From Octopus sinensis (Eukaryota), in the NCBI RefSeq assembly GCF_006345805.1, contig NC_042999.1, positions 84,320,001 through 84,384,000 of the forward strand: a stretch of 64,000 nt of DNA. The letters run 5' to 3'. Below are positions 50,251 through 64,000 of this stretch, one piece after another (within the stretch, counting starts at the first letter, position 1; every line of letters begins with the position of its first letter). A program made the position numbers and the translations under genes. The notes beneath the pieces were generated by a model, which did not search any database, was not told the DNA's origin, and worked only from the letters and a program-made list of their open reading frames with translations.

Positions 50251-50747
50251 AATCTTTAGAGATAAAAGTTATATTAGAAATATAATTTGGTGAGAGTTTG
50301 CGGCATTTGGTAGTTTTATCGTCATATCTCCAAAGTGTATCACAGTCAGTATATTATCTAAAAAGTTACTGAGACCGATTCGTTCGGCTAAAATCCTACA
50401 GCACGGTTGCAGTCTAATGACTAAAACAAATAAAAAGAGAAAAGATATCTGTTATGAGTGACAACACTGGTTGCAAGATTCCCATAAGAAAACACTGATA
50501 TTGTAAGAATACGAATTAAATAAAGGGTTTGAATTTGGTTGCTTACCATTTTAGAAACAGCATTTTCATCTCTATTTAATTGAAAATGACATATAAACTG
50601 ACAGAGCCGTGAATAACCTTAGGCAGACGGGATGCTTACACATGGAATACACTTATGTGTTTATGCAATCAAACCTTGACTTGAGTCTAAACAGCAAAAA
50701 CACGTAGATAATAATAGTATTTTTTATCATTATCATTATTATTATTT

Positions 50748-50960
50748 ATGAAGGCGGGTGGGGGGGGGTAGGAGAACCGTTAGCACTCCGAGCAAAACGC
50801 TTTGCGGAATTTCGTCCGTCTTTACGTTCTGAGTAAAAATTCCGCCGAGGTCGACTCTTTCTTTCAGCCGTCGGGGTCGATAAAGTAAGTTCCAGTTGAA
50901 CACTAGAGTCAAGGTAATCGACAATTACTGGCCTTATGCTAAAATTTAAAGCCATTATTA
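50748..50960 (+). mobile_element. tRNA-derived SINE
   Basis: GAAGGCGGG...GAACCGTTAGCAC...TTCTGAGTAAAAATTCCGCCGAGGTCGAC...GGGGTCGATAAA. Confidence 0.85.
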
Positions 50961-51149
50961 TTCTTATTATTATTTATTCTTTTAACTCACGTTTTGTTGA
51001 AAGCCCTAGAATCTTGCACGCTATTTGTAACCTACGGTAACATGCTATTTGTTCTCTTCAACTATCTAGTTTTTACATGATGATACTGCCCGTACCACAA
51101 AAAAAAAACTTTTTGAAACAGCTCAACTGGACAAACTATTCCCAATTTC

Positions 51150-51800
51150 TTTATATTCCTTTCGGTATCTGTTGACTGTCTTAACAGTCCGTGAGTCAAA
51201 TTGACATGCAACACCATTTACAGATCTCACGCAGGTTGTTTACTTTGTCCACCACCACTAAGTCCGGTTTATTGTGCTCAAGCACCTGGTCCGTTTGAAT
51301 TGAGAAATCACACATAATTTTTCAGGTCCCCGACTCAGTCACTGTCGGAGATGTGTGGACGTACTATTTCTTACTTCTCTTTATCCTTCACTTTCCACAC
51401 GATCACTAACGTAGAACTTTTGCTCTCTTCCTATCGCCACAACTTATGCTGGATAGGAGCAAATCTAGGTCATTTACAATATTGGCAATAGTTACATCAA
51501 TTTCATTATATATTCGACACAATGGTTACATTTTCTTATTTCTCCGACTGACGCTCCAATTTGTGACCAAAGCTTGATCTTTTGCTATTAGTATAGAGCT
51601 AAAATGCTCTTTTTTAAGTGCTCCTTTCTTTAACGATTCCAACATGATCTCCAGTAACTTCGGTTGGGACTACATGAAATTTTTTGTTCCTTTTTGAGTA
51701 ATGCTTCTTCATGTCCATTTTGTACTTCTTGGTTTGTTTTCTCAATTTCTCCCTAACTTTAGTATGCTCCCTTCTCTTACTACTGCTAGCAACATTTCGT
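51150..51800 (-). mobile_element. R4/Dong-type LINE C-terminal remnant
   Basis: Minus frames read SILIAKDQALVTNW and KIMCDFSIQTDQVLEHNKPDLVVVDK, the PD motif of the restriction-like endonuclease. Confidence 0.8.
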
Positions 51801-51821
51801 CACTTTGAGGTGGATATCTCT

Positions 51822-52117
51822 GCAGTGTGGCCCACTGGTTAGGGCAGCGGACTCGCGATCGTAGGATCGCGGTTTAGATTCCCAGACCAGGCGTTGTGAG
51901 TGTTTATTGAGCGAAAACATGTAAAAGCCCTACGAGGCTCCGGCAGGGGGTGGCGATCCCTGCTGTACTCTTTCGCTACAACTTTCTCTCACTCTTTCTT
52001 CTGTTGGCCTGCTCGCTTAGCCAGTGGGGTGGCGTCGTTTGAAGGCAAAAACAATGCGAAGCGCATTGTGACAAGGGATGTTTAGCAGCATCTGATAGCC
52101 TGGTCGGTCACGGTTAT
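51822..52117 (+). mobile_element. tRNA-derived SINE (third family)
   Basis: GCAGTGTGGCCCACTGGTTAGGGCAGCGGACTCGCGATCGTAGGATCGCGGTTTAGATTCCCAGACC tRNA-like head. Confidence 0.8.
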
Positions 52118-52129
52118 CTCTGGAGCATG

Positions 52130-52513
52130 CAGAGATATCTGTGCTCAATATGCATTCAATCTTTCACAAACACATATTAATCCTATTCCTCCATTTTCTC
52201 ACTTTACTATTATTATATGCTCAATACCATAGATTTGCTTGTCAGTTGTTCGACCTTAACCAACTGAGCATGGCCTTTCGTAGTTGACGACATGTGCATC
52301 TCTGTCTGATCAGGTGCAGAAGTAGTTGGGGAGCATCATGTGCTGAGAGAAATTCTTTGGAGCTTGAATAATTCGCCTCTGGAAACATGGGTGTTTCATT
52401 CAACATCCATAAACAACCCTTATTCAAGGACCGTTTGAGTGGGATGAGCTACTCAACATGCAGAAAATTCTAAATGAACCCCACGTGCAAGGTCATGCGC
52501 TGCTCTCTTGCTC

Positions 52514-52575
<62 letters not shown>
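52130..52575 (+). mobile_element. Second copy of the (TAA)n-tailed non-coding retroposon, internally deleted
   Basis: Homologous to 19526-20083. It ends CTGCTCTCTTGCTC followed by (AAT)n. Confidence 0.75.
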
Positions 52576-52576
<1 letters not shown>

Positions 52577-53385
52577 CGACCAGTTTTCAAGAGATACAAA
52601 CGCCAGGACAGATACAGAAGACCGATGGCTATGGATGAGGAAGAGTGATCTGAAGATAGAGACGGAAGTACTCATATGCGCAGCTCAAGAACAAGCGTTA
52701 AGGACTATGTGAAGCGCAGAATCGACAAAACTACCGACAGCGACAAATACAGAATGTGTGGTGACAGGGGTGAAACGGTATGGCACATCGGTAGCAAATG
52801 CCCGAAATTGGCATAACACCATTACAAATGACGACATGACAACGTAGCAAGAATGATTCAATGGGAGATCTGTGGAAATCATGGCCTTCAAATAGCAAAG
52901 ACGTGGTATGAGCAAACCCCGGAAGGAATCACCGAGAATGAAAATTGCAAAATCCTGTGGGATGCAATGATTCAATGGGATCATCTGACCAGACATCGGG
53001 AACCGGACATCGTTGTGGTGAAAAAGATGAAAGAACATGCATGATAATCGACATAGCATCAAAGAGAAAGAAGAAAATGAACAGCTATAGCTATTCGAAG
53101 GTTGTGGTCAAATAGGAGAGTAGACGTGGTACCAATAGTAATTGGCACACTTCGAAATATCAGCACTCAACTACCAGCATAGCTCAAACAGATTGGTACA
53201 AATGTAAAGGTAGAGCACCTACAAATATCAGCATTACCTAGAACTGCAAGAATTCTTCACAGTGTTCTTGAAGCATAACCAGTAAACAAGTGTCACGTTA
53301 GTCTGCTGGCTATGGGCAGCCGACACTTTCCACCATACCCATCAAAATAAGCCGTGAGTTTTCATATAATAATAATAAAAATACC
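52576..53385 (+). mobile_element. R4/Dong LINE 3' fragment (zinc knuckle plus RLE) with TAA tail
   Basis: ETEVLICAAQEQALRT, RMCGDRGETVWHIGSKC, RHDNVA, KILWDAMIQWDHLTRHREPDIVVV and MIIDIA, then a 3' UTR ending CATATAATAATAAT. Confidence 0.92.
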
Positions 53386-54172
53386 AGTAGAGTGAAGATA
53401 AAAAGCTTGAAGAGAAATTTTCAATATGTCACTTATAAAGCGTGTTGTTTTCATTTCAAATGGTTTCCACACATCCATGTACATGGAAATGAGCTGTTCA
53501 CTTCAAATAGAAACGTGTGTAGGAATATTGTTTGTCAGCAATAAAACTCATACAATAGTGTGAATTGACATCTTTGTATAGGTGCGTCTTTGTATTACAC
53601 ACACATATATACACATGTGTGTGTGTGTGTGTGTGGTATTGACATACAAGAATCCGTATAAGCATGAATACGTAGAGATATGCATTACATATGTTTGCTA
53701 GGGTTTCTCGAAGAAAAATTATGTGTATATATGTACAAATGCCTATGTTTCACTATCAAAATCAAATTTGGCAAAATGCATAAAGTTTCTTGACACAGAC
53801 AACAAAATATAAAAATATACACCATGTTTATCGAATTTATGTTATGCAGTATCTGCCAAAAATAATGATTCTAAAATCGGAATCATCAAAGAAATGGAAA
53901 TAAGAATCCAATATTCTGAAATTCAATATTTTATTATCAAACAGATCCATTAAATATATTTCGTACGTTCCGAACTGAATGCAAGCATAGAATAGGACGC
54001 GAAAAATTGTTAAACTTCTGCAAGAAAGCGTCATTTTTATCTATTTTTCATTCCTTGTCGCAAAGAAATTACAAGAGATATATCTCTGTCAAGTCATAAT
54101 TTGTGCATATGGCGACAATAAAATTAAATTGTCTTGAGCTTTGTGGTATTCAGAGACCTTTTTGTGTGGGTC

Positions 54173-54249
<77 letters not shown>

Positions 54250-55289
54250 ATATAGAAAATGTCACCTGTTTTTGTTTTGTTTCTTTCCCTTCTGCCCTGC
54301 CTTCTTCTCCTTCTCCTCCTTATCCGATTTCCCCTTTGCTAACTGCTCTGCACTCTACACGCAGATCATTTGTACGTACATACACCCTCATACATACAAA
54401 TATGTCAACATACATGTATACATATATATTATGTGTATGTTTGTGTATGTACATATGTGTGTGTACATATATGCATACATATATATATGTACACGATCAT
54501 TCATATAGACATATATTCATACTTAGTTACATAGAGTCATACTAACACAAGTAAAATATTTGGTACCGCTCAAATCGTTTGTAGTTTGTCATTCACTTTC
54601 TGATACCACTTCTCTTTCTTCCACTTTCTTTCTCTCATTCGCTTGTCATTCTGTCTCTCCCCCTCTCTCTCCATATATGCAAACATGTGCCTGTATGTTC
54701 TTTTTGTTTATTTTCATAAAATAATATCATATCATACAAACAATAAAATATTAAACTAAGTCCAATGCATAGAAACAGAAAGATATTTTAAAATGTTTAC
54801 TGTTTGGCTCTAATAAGGAAACTCTTTCATGGCTATACTATAATAATGTTTAAATCTATTTACATAAACTTACATAAATCTTCAAAATGTTTTAGAATAT
54901 CTTAGAATCTATTTACCAACCATTTGGAAGATCACTATATATGTGTCTCTGAGTATACATAACATATATCAATAATTCAATCACCATATCCACCTCTGCA
55001 ACAGCAGCGGAAAATCTTTTCTCTCTGTCTATATGTGCTACATTATTCTCTGGCCGTCGTCTTCCTTTCTCTCATTCTCGCTCTTTCCCATCTATGCTTC
55101 TTTGTTTCTTATTCTCGCTAATCTAATCAGACACCCGTTTAAACACACAGGAAACACATTATAGTCTAAGTCTTCGATTGAGTGTGTGAGAGAGAGAGAG
55201 AGAGTGTGTGTGGACTTATGTGTATAAATAGATAGAGTGTGAGATAGAGGAAGAAATACAGAATTAGATACCTCTGTAAATATACTAAA

Positions 55290-55490
55290 AATTCTATAGT
55301 ATAAAATCTTTTACAGTTTTCAGTCATTGGATTGCAGCCATGCTGACGCACTGCCTCTAGGGGTTTAGTCAAACATATTGGACCCAGTACATACTGTATT
55401 GAGCTCTATTGTAAAGTCATTAATTGAGCGGGGAGGAGTAAATAAACCAACACCACTTGTCAAGCGATAGTGAAGGACAAACTCTAACAC
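55290..55490 (-). mobile_element. SINE 3' fragment
   Basis: Plus strand TTTCAGTCATTGGATTGCAGCCATGCTG...AAACCAACACCACTTGTCAAGCGATAGTG. Confidence 0.75.
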
Positions 55491-55506
55491 ACCTGAGAAC
55501 ATAATA

Positions 55507-55581
<75 letters not shown>

Positions 55582-56134
55582 TACAGACAGACAGACATAC
55601 AGACATACAGACAGAGAAAGGGAGAGATAGAGAGATAGAGATAGAGGGAGATAGAGAGATAGAGATAGGGAGATAGAGATAGAGAGATAGATAGTTAAAA
55701 AAAGAGAGAGATGGGGATTAGTCAAAACCTAAGATCTCAAAACCATATTGAAAAACAATATTTGGTTCTAACTAAACATGTCGCCTACAGTGACTTTACG
55801 CATTGGTATCTGCCGAGTTAGCCATTCCGTCAAATTGTTGACAGAAATAAAATATTTGTGGAACACTTTTATGAATTGCTATTTTTAAATGTTAATTATC
55901 TAGCGTTTAGAAATTTACCAATTCCTGTTGTTTTTTTTTTTATTATTTTTAATCGCGCTAGCAGAAATAAATTTTAGAAAAGTGAAAGAGAGGTGCGGAA
56001 TTACTCCCGTTAACAACACAGATCCACAAAATAGATTCATAACGTAGCTTTAAAGTTTAGAAATGTGACCGAAAGTTGTCACGAAAATACCAGTAACTAA
56101 TTCAGTGCTTATTTCGACAGATTCTCTACTAGAA

Positions 56135-56365
56135 TACCGAGCTGGCAGAAACGTTAGCACGCCGGGCGAAATGCTTTGCGGTATTTCGTCTGTCGTTACA
56201 TTCTGAGTTCAAATTCCGCCGAGGTCAACTTTGCCTTTCATCCTTTCGGGGTCGATAAATTAAGGACCAGTTACGCACTGGGGTCGATGTAATCGACTTA
56301 ATCCGTTTGTCTGTCCTTGTTTGTCCCCTCTATGTTTGGCCTCTTGTGGGTTGTAAAGAAATATC
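56135..56365 (+). mobile_element. tRNA-derived SINE, near full length
   Basis: CGAGCTGGCAGAAACGTTAGCACGCCGGGCGAAATGC...GAGTTCAAATTCCGCCGAGG...CCTCTTGTGGG. CTACTAGAATAC appears on both sides (about 56126 and 56365), a possible target-site duplication. Confidence 0.9.
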
Positions 56366-59109
56366 TACTAGAATACAAGTCAGCGAAGGCGAACTTGAAA
56401 AATTGGTTGCTCAACAACTTTGGTGGAAAGAAACAAAGTGCAAATAAATATCCCATATACTATATTTTACACAAATCATAATGAAAGTGATTAAGGCCAA
56501 AATATATTGCTTCGTGGGTGAATAATTCTTTTTACTTGAAAGCAAATACAATAGATACCTCATTTAATAAAATATTTCGACAAACGGTTTTGTATTTCTT
56601 TTCTTCTCAATTTTTGTAACACATTGCCTGTAAATATTTAAGTTCTAATGTTTTATATGCGTATCTGCATATATCTACGTAGTATATAAGTATGTATCTA
56701 TATATGTGTATCTTTGTATGTATGTTTATGTACATACATTAAATTATTGGTGTGTTGACAGTATTTAGTTTCGTTGCTAAAATATACTATTGAACATATC
56801 TATAGATTCTAAGCCAAGAATGTATTTACGATAAATGTAAACAATACAGTATGCTTGCGGGCAAAGAAAGTAACAGGTGTATATGTTGCACATTTCAACT
56901 CTTAGAGACTCACCAGCAGCACATACATTTCAATAAGGGAATCATAGTTTTACTGTGTTCGTTAACAGATCAAACCTCAACGAGGAGCAGATTATTGAGC
57001 AATATTCTGGACACCTAAATACAGCAGACAGTTGTCATATCAATGTCAGTCCCAGAGGTAGGAATCCTATGCTACTGAGTAGGATAGCAGACAAGGCTTC
57101 TATATATAATCTATACTACAGACTCTCATGACAAGTCTTTTATTTACCGTCTGTATAAGTATAGGCTCATTTGGTTCTTTTAGCTTATTATTTTCCATGG
57201 CGAGATTTAACAACAATGGCCAGAAGACCCAGACACTCTAAGAGAGAGACGATTCTTTGAATATCCTGGTAATATTTACCGGTACATACACGATGCAAAC
57301 ACGTAACAACAAATATTAGCTAGATTTAAATAGTACTTCGAGAAAAAGACAAATTTCAAAGTTCATGGTTTGGTGTCTTGGAAACACATTAGGCCACAAT
57401 CATTCCACAAGTATTTGGAATATTTAAGGACTATTATAAAGCATTGTTATCCATTAACCTGGACATTTCTTTAAAAAAAAACAAGTGCTTGTATAAACAT
57501 ATAAAAAAACTCGCAAAATACATTAAATCAAACGACTGTTAGAGAGTGGTTAATAAATATTCTTTCCATGTGTTAGACAGACTGGTGAGCATCTATGGAA
57601 TCTGCGCCCCATATTCAAGCTACAGTTATATACAATCAATTGCATTTTATGTTAACCTGCAGGCAAAAACGTATGTGTGTCAAGGAACCGTTCCTGCATA
57701 ATTAATAGTTTTTTTTATATGTTAAAATAGAAGATCAATGAAAGAACTTGTCAAATAGTGACTTGAGACATCACATTCAGGAAACGTGGAGGATAATCAG
57801 TTGCGACAATTTCTGATCATTATCGCCGCATGAAAAATTTTGCAATCACACTAAAACAACGACAGGAAATATATGTTGCATATATAAGGTATAAATCAAG
57901 AACTGGCTGAAAAGTGTGAACCACAGATAGAAGGCGCTGTCTTTCTCTTACTACAGTTTGAAATAGGTGACAGAGTTAATATGGGGACAGAGTTAATATG
58001 TATGCGTCAACGTAAAAACAGAAATAGTGTCAGACATAGTACAATTTGTATGGCTATACTGGTCACTGAAATACCAAAAGGCTTCAAAGGACTTTCCATT
58101 TTAAATTTAGTCACTTTCAATACACATTCCACACTATTTGGAGGAAGATTTAGGGCAAAGTATGACAATGATAGGTATAGACACCAGAATTATTCCGGAT
58201 TATATTAATACTATGTGCTCTGTGGACGGTTCTGGAAAGTTATCTTTGACGATTATGAAAATAACATTTTTTTTGGCTAATAGTCTTGCGACTTCTACAT
58301 AGGATTTGTGAGAATTTACTTTTAGCAACGTATTTTTAGAGTCGGAGTTTTCAAATGTTTCGTAATAAATGAACCAGTCACTAGTTTTCTTCCACCTCCG
58401 AAAGTAAGTCATTTCTTCATTTACGCAGTTTTGTTCCCAGAACTGGATAGTGCTCGAAAATTAATGTTCTCCAGTCTCTTTCAAGATTTACACTTCCATC
58501 TCTTCATCTTTTATTCTTGAAACTGTGCACTCAGTCAGATTTGTTCTAGACCTATTTTAAAATTATCTAGAGTTACTTTTTCCATAACAGCTGTGGAATT
58601 CATTGAACATTTTAATTTTCGTCATAACGTTTTGCCCTGAAATCCATTGAATACTTGATTTGTTTTTACCTCGTGCATTTTTTAAAAAAACATTCGTCAT
58701 ATTTTGTATTTTTGATTTACTATTGACAAGCTATAAGGTTGTTGAAACCGGTGTAGTATTGTTTTGATTTTTTTAAAAACTAAAATCGATTTTTAAGAAA
58801 CAGGTGCAATTTCAATTCCAAAACCTTATATGTGTGTGTATGTGTGTCTCTGCATCGATACATTTGGGTATGGTTTCTTCCTCCATCTTTGATTATATTT
58901 TCTGTTGCTTTCTGTTTCGCTTTCCTTCTTGTCTTCTATTTCTTCTCAGCCTTTCCTTTTGTCATCTTTACTCTTTGCAGCTAGCATACCATACATATCC
59001 TTGTGTGAATGCATGCTAGCATGCATATGTCTATGTGTGCACATGAAAGCATATTTACTTGAATGACAAGTCTATATATGTTATTGTATGCATACCCACA
59101 TATTCATAT

Positions 59110-60530
59110 TTGATGGTTGAACCTAGAAAATCAGACACCAAACCCTAAACCTATGCATCAATGATCACACTATCGCTCCTGAACCACACAGAGAATGCTA
59201 CAAGTACCTAGGCATTGATAAAAACTTATTGTACGAAGGAGCTGTGAATAAAGATAGAGTGAGCCGAGAATATTATGCCATACTCAAAACAAAATGACAG
59301 TCCGAACTCTCCTCTTACAAAACAATATACCGCAATCATTTGAGATACTAGGGCTGATTCCAGCACTTGAGATTTCTGATTGATCTGAAGAGAAAATCCA
59401 CTCTAAAGACTTTAAAACCTGCAAGACATTGACATTAAGTGGAAATCACAGAAATTGTGATATCGACAGACTCTAATAAAAGATAAACAAGGTAAAGGCT
59501 TGAAACCAGTGTAGACAGCCTTCGAATGTCGTAAGGTATCTCTCAGACCACACTTGCTAAAAAGCAACAGTAAAAATAAATACATTAAATTAATACTGAA
59601 AAGTGAATCAAACAACATCCTAAGTGTCGGATGTGAGATCCTCAGGAATCATTCACTTCTTGATGACCTCCTCCTATACAACCCCAAATCAGCTGGACAA
59701 ACATATTTCAAATAAGAACTGGATGAGAAACGCTCAGCATGCCAAAAAAGAAGAAAAAACATGCATGATCGACATGAAGTGAAGCCTCTCTTGGACTCCT
59801 TACCGCTACATCACATCACTCATAGAAGGCTATGCATTTACAATTCAAGAACAGGAGATTGCTACTAAATACCTAATCAAGAAATGAGACAGTGAAGCCC
59901 TTGGAGTTCCAAGATGCAACTGTAAATGTAGATTATAGCATATTTCTGTGAAAGACATCAAATATATGATTAGCAGCTGCCCAAAAATGTCATCAAGGTA
60001 CTATCTCCCTATACGACACGTCATTGTCGCAAAAACAACATACAATGCCGTTCGGAGAAAAAAAACTGTACTGGACTAAATGTAAAATATCCTGCTGTTA
60101 CTAAATATATACACAAACATCAACACACAAGAAAGGAGTACTGGGGGAACGTTCCCCCCAAAAAGCGATCTGTCAAGTAAAGCATAACCTGCTGGTTATT
60201 GTTGTTTGGAACAGACAAGAAAAGCTATGTACCGTCATACAGGTCAGCTGTGCTGCTGATGTAACTATCTCTTCAAAACAAACCCAAAACAGCAAGAGAA
60301 TAACTACATACAACTGCTTCGAAACCTTTATTTTCAGATTATAAAATCACATTTATACCAATAATAATAGGTGTGTGAGTAAATGCCTAAGTGACAATCT
60401 GAATATACTAGGGTTTTCAGAAAAAGAAATCAACCAACTTACACATAACAAATACAATCTGTCAGTAGAACAGTAAAAGTATGCAAGAATTTTCTCAAGT
60501 CTAGAATGTGATTTGTTTTTGCTGTCTACA
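59110..60530 (+). mobile_element. R4/Dong-type LINE 3' portion, decayed
   Basis: CYKYLGI at about 59196, EGYAFTIQEQEIATKYL, ISSCPKMSSRYYLPIRH, KEYWGN, and IPIIIG near the 3' end. Confidence 0.85.
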
Positions 60531-60832
60531 TTCCAATGTTGGAGTTTCGTATCTTTCTTAGAAACCAACTCCTTTCTCAGAGGAATAATTTAATTAATAA
60601 CAGAAGACAACATACACAATTACATCTCCATCATTTCTCTCGTCATCTATACTTTGCATAGAAGACCATAGGCTTGAAGTGTTACAGACTTCTTCCACTT
60701 TTCATTAGCGTCAATTTAACACACTCTGATTCTTTTTCTTTCACCTCGCCTTTGTGTTTTCTTTATTTCTGTACCATACATACACGCATACGAACATACG
60801 TACGTACATACATACATACATACATACATACA

Positions 60833-60863
<31 letters not shown>

Positions 60864-62524
60864 TCAAACAAGTGTACGTGTATCTATGTATGTGTCTGTG
60901 CATCTATATAACTACATCTATATATACATATAAGTTTGTATGTGTCTATGTGAGTGTATATTGAAAACTCGGTGTGAGCTTGTACATCATAGAAATAACT
61001 ATGCGTGAAAGCACGTGTCATAGTTTTTGTATATACTTACGTATGTATTTTAGTAAATAATTAATTGTATACTGGTGTATAATTTCTTTCCATTACCTTT
61101 TAAGTGAAATTTTGTAATTCTTCTGATCTTGTGACCGTAACGGTATCTATCGAGATATTTCCGCAATGTATGTTAAACAATTTTTTTTTAATAAAACATA
61201 TATAGTGGGAGAGAGAGAGAAAATCTTTGTTTTCATCTTTGCTTGCTAAGTGCATTGGCTTAAAACCCTTGTGAACCAGCCTAGGAGATTTTCAAATACA
61301 AACAATCGATAGATTCTGGGAAACACACCACTATTCCTTTAAAAGGTCCTACTTTTTAATTTACTGTATATCCCTATGTCAAACAAGTTAATTACCTTGA
61401 TATTTTATCAAAGATTATCGTTGATTTGATTTCAATATTTATTGTCAGCGATTAATTGATCATGTATCACGCGAGTCTTCAGCCTGACACTATGGAGAAA
61501 ATATACATAGTTATTACCACAATTTGCTTCAAGAAGCTATAATAACAATATTACAATTCATTTCGTAACCTTCATGTCAGCATTCATAAGGAAACTCTAA
61601 CGCAAGAATATTAACCTTGACATTAAATAGACAATAATTCATGTTTATGTATAAGGCAACATATAAGCAAAGGTTATTAAGCATATTTTGAAGGAATTAT
61701 AATATATAATTACGAAATAGCCCTCCTACATTAATATTTTGAACATTTTAAATACTTCCTACTTAAAAGGTAGTTAACTGTAAAATTATTTAAACCTTTA
61801 GAGATTTTCTATCCAATATTTGCATTTGCACTAATTTTTTATTAAATTATCGTCTTCAACAGACAAAACATTAATAATACTGTCTATCATAAATATTTTG
61901 TTTTATTAAATATTATGCGACTAAACACGGAATTTAAGTAATAATTGAATGTTCATTATATTTAATAGATAAATTTGAAATCATAAATTTTATGGAAATT
62001 ACTTATAAATATAAGATACATTCATAAAGAAATATTCACAAAATTTTAGCCTGCATGCATATTGTATAAGGATAACAATTGCTAAATAATCGAACTTAGT
62101 CAACTTTTTGATACCTGGGAGATAAATTTATAACATCGAAGTAAAATTATGAAATAATTAAATTATCTATTTCACCCGGCTAAATAGTTTATGGTTATTT
62201 GAAACTGAAAATTTAAAAATAGCAATTTCTATCCTTCCATTTATACGCTGACGCTTTCAGTCAAATTATCTGGGATTTTGATATAAGCGTCTAAGAATAT
62301 AGTTATTCATAAGTGTGTATGTGTGTGTGTATGTGTGTGTATGTGGGTGGGTGTGCGTGTGAGCAGTTGTAGAGTATATCTTAATAGTAAATTCTAAGCA
62401 GAAAGAAATTATGCTCTCTGTATCTACTAACGAAAAATAGTAACGCTGCTATTGCTATATCAGTTTTTGTTTCTAACATATTTTTATGTAACGATGGTAG
62501 GACATGTTTTATAACATTAATAAT

Positions 62525-62712
62525 AATCACTTCGATCATAGACACAAGGCCTGAAATTTGGGCGAGGGATATTCGATTATATTGACGTCATTGCTCGACT
62601 GGTACTTATTTTATCGACCCCGAACGAATGAAGGTGAAAGTCGAGTGCCGTGTAATTAGAACTCAGAACGTAAAAACGAACGAAATATCTCTGACGATTC
62701 TGCCAGCTCCCC
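62525..62712 (-). mobile_element. tRNA-derived SINE
   Basis: Plus strand CACAAGGCCTGAAATTTG...CTGGTACTTATTTTATCGACCCC...GAACTCAGAACG...ACGATTCTGCCAGCTC. Confidence 0.85.
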
Positions 62713-63074
62713 ATCATTACAACGACAACGGTTTTCTGCTAGTCTCTCCTAGATAATATTTTACATGTGATTCCCAATTCTAATAATTTTTATATTTTAC
62801 GTCTAATTATTTATCTATATAACATCACCGTAGCCCAACAACAGATGGAGAAGTAATTTGTCAAGTTTTACCTTCCCCTCAAAGCAACATAGGGATTACA
62901 ATTCATCAGCCCATTGCAAACAATGAATGGAATAAACATGAAATGACAAAATCGTATAAATAAAAGGGCATTACTGCAGATGTATACGCCCCCGATTGTG
63001 TTGCCTCATAACATCCATAAAAATGAATACTTTTTAACAGGATTTCCTACAAATACCGCTTAGATGTTGTGGCT

Positions 63075-63285
<211 letters not shown>

Positions 63286-63490
63286 CTGGTATCTCTGCTA
63301 TATCGCATATGCAATATAGTGGATGAAACCATTGCCCATATGACAAACAAATGCCCTAGACCTGCCCAAACATTTATTGATGTTTTACAATATCTTTCCC
63401 GTTAAATACATTTATATACTATAAAAAGGGAAATTTGAGAAATTATGAATTTTTTGCAACCCCCACTCCCTGCCCCGATTGTTTCTGTTT

Positions 63491-63699
63491 AGAAATAAAA
63501 ATATTGGAGAGCCTGAGAAGGTCAATGCTGGCATTTAACAACAGTGTAAGTTCTTTTGGCCACGCTGCAATTGTTTTTGTGTCAACACACAATCTCAGAT
63601 CAAGTCGCTTGCTATGCAGGTACATCTCTGTAATTTTCTAAATCACTGTCGTTAAATGCCAGCAATGACCTTCTCAGGCTCTCCAATTTTTTAATTTCT
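63491..63699. repeat. Fold-back with 44-57-bp arms around the 4.0-kb repeat family core
   Basis: ATTGGAGAGCCTGAGAAGGTCAATGCTGGCATTTAACAACAGTG (63503-63546) versus CACTGTCGTTAAATGCCAGCAATGACCTTCTCAGGCTCTCCAAT (63644-63687), 2 mismatches. Confidence 0.9.
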
Positions 63700-64000
63700 G
63701 ATGTTTGGACTGGGAAATCCCAGAGGATTATAAAGAAATTTGTGGGGAAAATCTAATTGGGGATTTTGCCGATTCTTTTTAAACTGCAGCCTTCGAAATG
63801 ATGTGACTGTGGGGCGGAATATTTGTATAAACACATTTGTTTACAACTCCTCCCCTCCCATCATCCAGTGGGATGATGAGGGAGGGGGGCAATTGTATTT
63901 TTGCAATTCAAATCCATGGGAAGATCATTTTCGGTGAAAAAATGTTTTAATTGTTAATATCTTCAGAAGGAAAAGTGAGTGAGTTAAGGGCGATTTGGCT

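Noticed and set aside
51822-51890. tRNA-like sequences (also near 700, 37190, 37960-38025, 40900-40980 and 56135)
   Set aside because: They have A and B boxes but continue into SINE bodies and lack full cloverleafs, so they are SINE heads rather than tRNA genes.

Overview
AT-rich, microsatellite-dense eukaryotic DNA. The SINE and LINE sequences look like those of an octopod cephalopod (inferred from recalled repeat motifs, not searched). I can support no intact host gene. The window is a mosaic of transposons: many tRNA-derived SINEs, three CR1/L2-like LINE copies, several R4/Dong-type (restriction-like endonuclease) LINE fragments tied to (TAA)n, RTE remnants, one full-length but decayed mariner plus a 5' mariner fragment, and at least three Penelope-like element (PLE) remnants with GIY-YIG or RT motifs. 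The most interesting signal is a set of hammerhead-ribozyme-like folds, several with non-canonical cores. One module occurs in two diverged copies at 36.7-36.95 kb (minus) and 43.13-43.39 kb (plus): hammerhead, then about 18 nt, then AG-[31 nt reading V-x-H-L-S-x-V-L-P]-GTAAGAC, then about 125 nt, then an AT-rich/(TA)n flank. The second copy sits inside a near-perfect 127-bp inverted repeat. Four more fold-back structures, a LINE/SINE shared 3' end, TAA-targeted nested insertions, an old ~240-bp duplication and some weak exon or decayed-ORF candidates are also reported. Most element boundaries are approximate because they were read by eye.
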